From a virus, in the IMG/VR virus record IMGVR_UViG_3300033512_000075, positions 1-64,000 of that record: DNA of 64,000 nucleotides, one strand, 5' to 3'. Shown here in pieces: positions 50,001 through 56,290 of the stretch. The translations under genes and the position numbers were made by a program. A model generated the notes under the pieces. That model had not been told where the DNA came from, did no database searches, and was given only the letters and a program-made list of their open reading frames with translations. How positions within the stretch are numbered: the first letter of the stretch is position 1; every line of letters begins with the position of its first letter.

Positions 50001-53000
50001 AGTGAATTTGAAGTACTGCATAAAAAAGTTAGTGGAGATGATTGGAAAAATGTTACACAACAAGAAATAGAAAGACATGAATATTTATCTAATTTAATAA
50101 ATAAAGTAGGTATTCAACCAACTCAAACTAATGAAAATTTAAAAGAGAATATTGAAAGTGTTAAAGGAAGAATAAGTGATTTAGTTAATACAGAAGAAGG
50201 AATAATTGATTTACAAGAAGAATATTTATCTCAGGCAATAGAAAATTTAAAAAGTCTTAAAAACGCTAAAATTTTATTTAATGATAGTTCTGTAAATGAG
50301 GAAAATGTTTCTGCTAATAAATGGTTTATTCAATCAGAGAATAATTATCCTTCAATAGGACTTGATACAAAAAAAGAAGCTGAAGAATACCTAAAAAATG
50401 AACTAACTGATGCTGAAAATTTTCTTAATAAAATAAAAACTAAATCTAAAAAAGAATATAATAAGCAAGCATTAATTAACACTAAATTAGCAGCATTAAA
50501 GGAAGTAGCTAAAAAATACCCAAGAAGTTTAATTAGAAGCGAAGTTAAGCAATCACTAGTAAAGAATACCAGTACACAGAATTACCTATTTGAAGATGAT
50601 GAATTACCATTTCAAAGAATACAATCAGAAACACAAGAAGACTTCCAGTCAGTAGAACCTACAATAAACTTGGATATAGTATCAGACGAAGAGTACCAAA
50701 TCCTTAAAGAGGGTATAACAACCACTGCAAATGAAATATACGACAATAGAATAAAAGCATTAAAGAACACAATAGCAAAGCACCCTGATAAACAAGAGAA
50801 GTATAATGCCCGTATTCAAGAATTACAGGAAGCCCAAGAGAAGCTAAAGGAAGATACTGTATTAAATGAGATACTTACAAGCGTTGAAGGTCTATTAAGT
50901 AGTGCTAAATCAGACTTAACTAATGACCAAACAGCCACAGGAGTAATGAACACATTACAACAGTTAGCTTCCATGAATGTAATATTAGAGATGTATGCAA
51001 ATGAAGATAGAATAAACAACCAAGTACTTAAAGACAAGGCATCAGATTTAATATCAGAAATGATGAGATTGTCTAATGTAGCCAATGCACTTGTTCCTAA
51101 AGTAATGAAAGGAATAGCAGACAGATATAATATAGATGTATCAATAGAAGACTTAAAGATAATACCAGAAGAGAAGACCATGAATGCTATATTTAGAGGT
51201 ATTGAGAATATGTCATCTAAATTAGTAGCCACTATAAGTAAAGCACTTGATTTAGCAGAACGTCTTAAGAACAATAACCTAAATAAGAACTTCATAGTTC
51301 CATTCAATAAGATATTAAAGGACTTAAAAGATGCTAAAGTAGATATAAACTCACAGGAAGTTATAGATAGTCTTATGCAAGAAGACAAGGACGGAAACCA
51401 AACAAAGAACTACATAAATGAATACAGTGATAAGTTCTGGTCAGAGAGAAGAGATGTAAGATTCAATTTAGGTGCAATATCTAAATATAAAAAGAAAGGA
51501 CAAACCAACATAGTATCAAATCTATCAAAAAAGATACGTGAGTATTATGATAGAATGGTATATGTTAATCCTGCCTACTTCTATGAAGATACAACAGAAG
51601 AAGATAAACAAGAGATATATAATAAGATAGTAAATGAGATAGGTATAGAAAAAGCAGATAAGTTGATAGCTGAAGCAGATAAGAAGTATGCTACATATCT
51701 AACAAGAAAGAATGATGCGGAATTACGTATTGTAGCAGAAACTAACAGTGAACAAGAACAAGACTTTAAAATAGGTAAATGGATTGAATACAATAGTCCT
51801 GAAAACTTCATGAGACAGTTGAACTCAAATCTATCTATAGAAACCACTAATGGAAGCAATTGGCTTGTAGTTGCACCGAAGAAACAAATTAATGGAAAGA
51901 ATACAGGACTATATGATACTAAGTATGAGAAGCTATATAAGAATAAAGAAAAGAATAAAGCCCTTATAGCTTTCTTTGAATTCACTAATGAGTCTTTAAA
52001 TAAATATAAGAAGTACTTCCCGCATTACATATCAGATGAGTTAAATGCTAACTTTCTACCAGAAGTATTTCAAGACTTACAGACTACAGGACTTACAAGT
52101 AAAATAGAGAAGATAAAAAGAGCTGCAATAGAATCTGTTTCAGAGACAAGAGAAGGTTATGCTGGATATGATATAAGAGACCATACAGGAAAGAAGATAG
52201 GTACTATACCAACCCCTTACACTAAAGATACTCTTACAGGACTCAAGAAGAAGATAAGTACAATAGAAAAGAGAATGAAGAACTTAGAACTTGAGATACT
52301 TGAGATATTAGAAATAACCCCTACTGTAGATGATTACTTCAGAGAAGGTAATATGAAGATGGTAGCAGACAAGAAAGAAAAGCTCAAAGAAGATAAAGAA
52401 GAAATAACAAAACTAAAAGAAAGATACAATACATCATTCAAGTATAAGTCTACAGACTTAGTTAAGACTACAAGACTATTTGCAGAATCAGCAGAGAACT
52501 ACAAGGCAAAGGCACAAGTAGAGGATATAGTGTTATTAGGTAAGACAGCCCTACAGAATGCAAGAGAGCTTGAATTAAATGATGGAGGTAAACCAGTTAA
52601 ACTTGGAGAGAATAGACTCGCTTCATTTAAGAATGGATTACAGATAACACAGAAAGCAGTAGACCATGCAATAGAGAGCATACTATATGAAAATAGAAGA
52701 GATAGAGAAATGAAATCAAATGTAGTAGTTACCTCAACACCTGCAGGAAAACAGACTATAAAAGAACATAATGTATTAAATAAAGAACTTAAAGATAAAC
52801 TAAGTAAAGGAGAAATAACTAAAGACGAGTTCAATGTAAAGATAGCAGACTTAAACGAGAAGTTAATGGAAGAAGCTTCTGTTAGAAAGGTATCAGGTAA
52901 TAAGATAATGGATTTGCTACAGAAATTTACATATATATCATCATTAGGCTGGAATCCGTATTCAGCTATATCTAACTTGATATCAGGTAGATTAGTAAAT

Positions 53001-54140
53001 TCTTTAGAAGCTTCATCTGGTCAGTTCTTTAGTCAGAAAGACTTGATGTTTGCAACTAATAAGATAAAGTACTCATTCATAAAGAGCTTAACAGGAAGAG
53101 AAACAGAAGAATCCAAGAAAATAAAAGCACTTATAGATAAGTATGGTATCTTATTCAATCTACTTGAAACAGACTACGGTAATAATGGTACACTATCATT
53201 CCTTAATAAGAAAGAGAGCCTACTTAATCCTATGGAGATGCAGAAGAGAGGGGAGTATATAAATCAAGGAACTACATTCCTATCAATGATGAACGCTACA
53301 AAGATAACAGACTTGAATGGAAAGGAATATACACTATGGGAAGCATATGATACAGACGGTAAATTAAAACCTAACTTCGATGCAACAGAGTGGGAGAATG
53401 AACTTACAATAGATACTATAAATGGATATACTAAATTCAGAGATAAAGTAATTAAATTAAATAAGAAGCTACACGGTAACTATGCAAGTCCTGTACTGTA
53501 TAAGAAGTATGCGATAGGTAGAGCAGTAGGTACATTCAGGAGTTGGTTGCCTGAAGCCATTGCATCAAGATTTGAACCTGAAAGAGATGATAGTGATTTA
53601 GGAACTAAGGTAAAGGGAAGATATAGAAGCTATGCTAAGTTATATGAAGAAAAGAACTTCATAGGTGCTTTAAGGACTACTATGTCTATGTTAGTTAAAT
53701 CTACATTAAGAATGAAAGTAGATAAGAATGGACTTAATGATGTAGACTATTATAATATGAAAAGAAACATAAGGGAAATACAGTGGGGGATAGGTATGAT
53801 GTTAGCCTATTATGGTCTTTCATTGATACTCAATGCCTTTGGAGATGAAGATGATGAAGAGAAGTTTGGTATAATTACTACAATGAATATGCTTAATAGA
53901 GCTCAAGGTGATATATCATTATACCTTAATCCAACAGAAGCTAAGAGAATGATAGATAATCCATTCCCTATGATAAATTCATTATATAAAGTATATAAGA
54001 TAATACCAAAGATGTTTGAGACTGCAAGTAATGATGATAAGAATCACGATATAATGGACTTTGGAAAGTATGCACTATCGGCATTACCCGGTACTAATGT
54101 ATTGACTAAGACTTACAATATGGGTACAATGGAATATTAA
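47031..54140 (+). CDS. Giant polyvalent protein (2,369 aa) with an N-terminal ART-like module and a C-terminal membrane segment
   Basis: Uninterrupted ORF. The ART-PolyVal-like motifs are given in the sub-feature. Hydrophobic helix 'IQWGIGMMLAYYGLSLILNAF' lies near the C-terminus (about nt 53778-53845). Confidence 0.6.
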   Translation: MAFCPQVSDPNVVVAFNNIVTMFDGTPLKVEEFKSLDLRKERTGADKEAMDIAYNVWDITKGENLPETIKEAVDLILNNTAQETNTSNSKEQIEANRNKETDSELSRNENGEVLAPNGNVSKLYKDIEQLEEVTTKQQAEQLYKQTRSKEFKDWFGDSKVVDENGEPLIVYHGSPFKFNYFKKENIGKNTLKEIEGFYFSFSKEYSKGYYNMDLVGDNYIFEDIIMRNPDTYGYYMNLSSNGYFNIKTREFTVSDNTLLDDILNNEKLIYEISNVIRKYNKDYNFYNSSIDIFELSSISFNNELIDTKEKKKLIIDEIKNNVINFFEMADKKLKDKGVPNYNPTVYPVFLSLVDPIEIDIAIGDITSKQKLNLNNNDGLITKEELLVKEPNQIKSVLNQGTFSTTENNIYYQNNTTQSTEDYIASEKTIRDLAARMSDRIGIPIRFESDRTKKYKGKLENNTAHINLAYATLDTPIHEILGHSIIRAIKDKELYNNLLKELETGKGKEVLDRIKRDYQYKQSNIESGNWEYGMYRIQTSSTAHQYFDTLKEAEENIEKYSPKYTLEEQQEEAIVELLGMMTAEKLDVIKDGKLISLLKRLLKEIKSFVKDLLKQKEIEIDKLPDNMTLGDLSDLLAYSNSKLILPGYEVEYTTPDNMKFKTYSEANNHISKLVKSVKDVDLSGAKLNIINQNTISSINEIKVNSFSGTDIDDIPFYAERRNGIWYLSYTKIDLENDFYNNQENVTTNVSVIRYYNLTLNYNNINQFIEKNKEYEQSKEIIDEWKRINNIVYNPEEVYSRGQGFYSVVGAYSSFDVNLMFQNLLTHLEDHKKVGGEFVISAFTKPIDKNIGHLEGGGGKIKFKIFPQSNDIKWAANRDVFSGSVWDASEKINKDKKSEILGVSYTKAPSMTHINSDAIVPNLADVIDKLAYQHNELGIQLTGNNFRLEYDEDIPYQTKKLLGSLNNILEKKFGKLIEPEISKKQNINKDIISEFEVLHKKVSGDDWKNVTQQEIERHEYLSNLINKVGIQPTQTNENLKENIESVKGRISDLVNTEEGIIDLQEEYLSQAIENLKSLKNAKILFNDSSVNEENVSANKWFIQSENNYPSIGLDTKKEAEEYLKNELTDAENFLNKIKTKSKKEYNKQALINTKLAALKEVAKKYPRSLIRSEVKQSLVKNTSTQNYLFEDDELPFQRIQSETQEDFQSVEPTINLDIVSDEEYQILKEGITTTANEIYDNRIKALKNTIAKHPDKQEKYNARIQELQEAQEKLKEDTVLNEILTSVEGLLSSAKSDLTNDQTATGVMNTLQQLASMNVILEMYANEDRINNQVLKDKASDLISEMMRLSNVANALVPKVMKGIADRYNIDVSIEDLKIIPEEKTMNAIFRGIENMSSKLVATISKALDLAERLKNNNLNKNFIVPFNKILKDLKDAKVDINSQEVIDSLMQEDKDGNQTKNYINEYSDKFWSERRDVRFNLGAISKYKKKGQTNIVSNLSKKIREYYDRMVYVNPAYFYEDTTEEDKQEIYNKIVNEIGIEKADKLIAEADKKYATYLTRKNDAELRIVAETNSEQEQDFKIGKWIEYNSPENFMRQLNSNLSIETTNGSNWLVVAPKKQINGKNTGLYDTKYEKLYKNKEKNKALIAFFEFTNESLNKYKKYFPHYISDELNANFLPEVFQDLQTTGLTSKIEKIKRAAIESVSETREGYAGYDIRDHTGKKIGTIPTPYTKDTLTGLKKKISTIEKRMKNLELEILEILEITPTVDDYFREGNMKMVADKKEKLKEDKEEITKLKERYNTSFKYKSTDLVKTTRLFAESAENYKAKAQVEDIVLLGKTALQNARELELNDGGKPVKLGENRLASFKNGLQITQKAVDHAIESILYENRRDREMKSNVVVTSTPAGKQTIKEHNVLNKELKDKLSKGEITKDEFNVKIADLNEKLMEEASVRKVSGNKIMDLLQKFTYISSLGWNPYSAISNLISGRLVNSLEASSGQFFSQKDLMFATNKIKYSFIKSLTGRETEESKKIKALIDKYGILFNLLETDYGNNGTLSFLNKKESLLNPMEMQKRGEYINQGTTFLSMMNATKITDLNGKEYTLWEAYDTDGKLKPNFDATEWENELTIDTINGYTKFRDKVIKLNKKLHGNYASPVLYKKYAIGRAVGTFRSWLPEAIASRFEPERDDSDLGTKVKGRYRSYAKLYEEKNFIGALRTTMSMLVKSTLRMKVDKNGLNDVDYYNMKRNIREIQWGIGMMLAYYGLSLILNAFGDEDDEEKFGIITTMNMLNRAQGDISLYLNPTEAKRMIDNPFPMINSLYKVYKIIPKMFETASNDDKNHDIMDFGKYALSALPGTNVLTKTYNMGTMEY
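47478..48260 (+). other. ART-PolyVal-like ADP-ribosyltransferase module (candidate)
   Basis: 'EFKDWFGDSKVVDENGEPLIVYHGSPF', 'GFYFSFSKEYSKGYY' and 'KEELLVKEPNQIKSVLNQGTF' give an H / Y-S / E arrangement. I recognise it from memory of polyvalent-protein ART domains. Confidence 0.5.
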
Positions 54141-54163
54141 AATCTAATTTAAAGAAAAAAAGA

Positions 54164-54216
54164 ACCTACAACCGAAGCTAATAGCTTTTTTAGGGTTGTA
54201 GGTATCTTTATTTTTT
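54164..54216. terminator. Bidirectional intrinsic terminator 1
   Basis: ACCTACAACC (54164-54173) pairs with GGTTGTAGGT (54194-54203). An A-run lies upstream (54151-54162) and a T-rich run downstream (54207-54216). It starts 24 nt after the stop of the 2,369-aa gene. Confidence 0.75.
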
Positions 54217-54331
54217 GATATTTGACTTGTAATATGTAAAAAGAATTTGAGCTTAATGTAGGGCTTTTTTAATCTTTACATACTGTAATATATAATAACA
54301 CATATACTTATTCTCTGTTAGTTAAATACTA

Positions 54332-54369
54332 ATTTCCAGAGAAAGATGAAGTAACAAATTCACCGAAAA
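54332..54369 (-). promoter_or_regulatory. Copy C of the bipartite element (inverted relative to copies A and B)
   Basis: The plus strand reads ATTTCCAGAGAAAGATGAAGTAACAAATTCACCGAAAA. Its reverse complement contains TTTTCGGTGAAT and CTTCATCTTTCTCTGGAAAT. Confidence 0.6.
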
Positions 54370-54380
54370 TAAAAAAAAGA

Positions 54381-54434
54381 AGCCAATAACACCCTATAAA
54401 ATAGCTTTTATAAGGTCGTTGTTGGCTTTTTTTT
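54381..54434. terminator. Bidirectional intrinsic terminator 2
   Basis: An approximately 21-bp imperfect stem: AGCCAATAACACCCTATAAAA / TTTTATAAGGTCGTTGTTGGCT, with loop TAGC. An A-run precedes it (54366-54380) and a T-run follows (54427-54434). Confidence 0.75.
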
Positions 54435-54562
54435 GTTTAAAGTGGATTGTAATATAAAACAGAAAAATGGAAGCTATTGGAAAGCTTTTTATTGAGTTAA
54501 ATACTATTCCGTAAATTTTAATTAAATACATATCTTTACTTAGTTACTTTACCTATATTTAA

Positions 54563-54591
54563 TTTTCGGTGCTTCATCTTTCTCTGGAAAT
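54563..54591 (+). promoter_or_regulatory. Copy B of the bipartite element (TTTTCGGTG-C-TTCATCTTTCTCTGGAAAT)
   Basis: Ends 2 nt before the stop codon (54593-54595) of the last minus-strand gene. Divergently oriented to copy C. Confidence 0.6.
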
Positions 54592-54592
54592 C

Positions 54593-54991
54593 TTATGGTA
54601 ACTTATTAAATGGCTTTAATGTCTTTCTTAGTACGTGTCTTGGACATAGTGCTTTAAATATAAATTCCTGCACACTCTTGTCTGTGTTAATCACATCAGC
54701 CCACACTTTGTTATTTTTATCTATATTGAATATATCCAATATGTATTTATCATCTATTTCTTTGATATGTGATTTGTACACTATAGCAAGTGTTACTTTT
54801 TTCTTTATTATGTTTTGTTTACCTTCCACTTCCTCTGACCTTGAGTAGTATTTTCCTCTCAATAAGGCATTTTTAATTATCCTTAATTCATTGTAGTAGA
54901 ACTCAACTAAATTCTCATTTAGCTTATTGCTTTGAACTATTCTATTAGCTAAGTTCAATAGATTTGTATTTATATATCTGTTACTTAACAT
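54593..54991 (-). CDS. Hypothetical protein (132 aa)
   Basis: ATG start. Last gene of the minus-strand block. No motif recognised. Confidence 0.65.
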   Translation of the reverse strand: MLSNRYINTNLLNLANRIVQSNKLNENLVEFYYNELRIIKNALLRGKYYSRSEEVEGKQNIIKKKVTLAIVYKSHIKEIDDKYILDIFNIDKNNKVWADVINTDKSVQEFIFKALCPRHVLRKTLKPFNKLP

Positions 54992-55457
54992 ATGTTATAG
55001 TTATTGAAGTTATTATGTTTTTAAGTAGTACTGTCTTATTGGTTATATCTATTGGATTCATTATGTATAGTAGTTCCGATTTTCGTATGTACTTTGTAGC
55101 TACTAAGCCGCTACATTTGAGTCCTGTTATGCTTCCTGTTGTAGCATCTTCGTGTGCGTCTTTATAAGATAGTGTTAATTTAGTTATACAGCTTCCTACA
55201 TTATCAGGTTTAGTGAAATTTTCACTTCCATTGATTAAGTCTGGTGATATGTAGTTATTATCTACTATATCAAGGAATCTCCAATCTTCTTCATCTACTC
55301 CTAAGTATACAGGAATTAACATATCTATATTAGCGTCTGTTTCTGTTGCATCTGTATCAACACTTATGTCTCTCGATGGAGAGAACATAAGTATTAATAT
55401 TGTGGTTGTTAATGCTGTTGCTATCATAATCAGTATTACTCTTATAGATGTATCCAT
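54981..55457 (-). CDS. Membrane-anchored/secreted hypothetical protein (158 aa)
   Basis: N-terminal hydrophobic helix 'VILIMIATALTTTILILMF'. TAATG coupling to the upstream gene. Confidence 0.65.
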   Translation of the reverse strand: MDTSIRVILIMIATALTTTILILMFSPSRDISVDTDATETDANIDMLIPVYLGVDEEDWRFLDIVDNNYISPDLINGSENFTKPDNVGSCITKLTLSYKDAHEDATTGSITGLKCSGLVATKYIRKSELLYIMNPIDITNKTVLLKNIITSITITYVK

Positions 55458-55768
55458 TATTCTTGTGTTACTATTTTAGTTAATTCTACTAATAGAGTAA
55501 CATCTTGTTCAACTCCTTCTTCATCTTTGTATGTAACGCATACATTGAATTCATTATATAGAACTCTATCAAATTTGTATCTGCTTTCAATAGCTAATTC
55601 TGTTTTAATATCATTTATTAGAGCAGATTTAGATATTGGTTTTATACATTTCTCCATAGCCTTTGTTACGGATTTATAAGGTTTAGTCAGTTTAATAACT
55701 AAAGAACATCTTGCCCTATCACTATCTTCATCTATTAGTCTTATTAGTAGTCCTTGTTCTTCTTTCAT
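55457..55768 (-). CDS. Hypothetical protein (103 aa)
   Basis: ATG start coupled by TAATG to the upstream gene. Confidence 0.65.
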   Translation of the reverse strand: MKEEQGLLIRLIDEDSDRARCSLVIKLTKPYKSVTKAMEKCIKPISKSALINDIKTELAIESRYKFDRVLYNEFNVCVTYKDEEGVEQDVTLLVELTKIVTQE

Positions 55769-55986
55769 TAGTTTTCATTTTTATATGCATTTAAGGACAT
55801 TAATACATCTTTATCATTTCCTATTTCAAAGTCGTAATGCCAGCTATTAACTATTCCTTGTGATAGTCTATACATTAATCCTTTATCTCCTTCTTTCATT
55901 ATAGCTGTAACTATTCTTGGAAGTTGTTCACCATCTGTTCTTAAATATACTATTTCCCTTATATCAAACTTAGTCTCTAAGTTCAC
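55768..55986 (-). CDS. Hypothetical small protein (72 aa), GTG start
   Basis: The only in-frame start is GTG at 55986, overlapping the upstream gene by 17 nt. The pattern looks like an SH3/KOW-type small beta domain. Confidence 0.55.
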   Translation of the reverse strand: MNLETKFDIREIVYLRTDGEQLPRIVTAIMKEGDKGLMYRLSQGIVNSWHYDFEIGNDKDVLMSLNAYKNEN

Positions 55987-56200
55987 CTGATTGCATTGAC
56001 TTATTTAAGTGTATATGATGTTTATGTAATGCTTTCTCTATTGTTCTTGCTTTATATTCTTTACCATCAAATGAGAATGTCTTAATTCCTCTATTAAGTT
56101 CTCTTTCTTCTTTTTTTCTATTTTTTTCCTCTAATTTAATTTCTTTTATCTGTTTTTTTGATAATTTGATATTAGGGGCTAAATTGCTGTTTAGTTTCAT
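55970..56200 (-). CDS. Small basic K/E-rich protein (76 aa)
   Basis: ATG at 56200. Highly charged 'KKQIKEIKLEEKNRKKEERELNR'. Confidence 0.6.
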   Translation of the reverse strand: MKLNSNLAPNIKLSKKQIKEIKLEEKNRKKEERELNRGIKTFSFDGKEYKARTIEKALHKHHIHLNKSMQSGELRD

Positions 56201-56290
56201 TTTTTCTTTTTAGTTAATAGGTTATTGATATAATCGAATCCTATGTATATCATAAATATTATGATTAATACTATAAATAAGTCGTTCACT

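Noticed and set aside
30898-52834. Dozens of 60-190-aa minus-strand ORFs inside the three giant genes (for example 32002-32547, 37304-37843, 50816-51388)
   Set aside because: All are S/L/F/I-rich antisense shadows of purine-rich coding sequence. The plus-strand frames are uninterrupted for 6-10 kb, which cannot be chance in AT-rich DNA.
54346-54354. Mini-ORFs inside the bipartite element (ATG AAG TAA in copy C, with 7-13-codon frames in copies A', B' and D)
   Set aside because: Their lengths and sequences are not conserved between copies (2 to 13 codons). The shared 'HRKLN' of B' and D simply reflects the conserved CACCGAAAA DNA half-site. The conservation is better explained at the nucleotide level.
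54595-54609. ATG GTA ACT TAT TAA mini-ORF immediately after element copy B, mirroring the ATG after copy A
   Set aside because: It is four codons long and overlaps the 3' end of the minus-strand 132-aa gene. There is no evidence that it is a gene.
56226-56264. AT-rich palindromes (TGATATA...TATATCA and TCATAAATATTATGA) between the RNR stop and the 76-aa gene start, considered as terminator or operator
   Set aside because: The stems are short and all-AT, with no flanking T-run on the minus strand. Palindromes like this are expected by chance in DNA this AT-rich.
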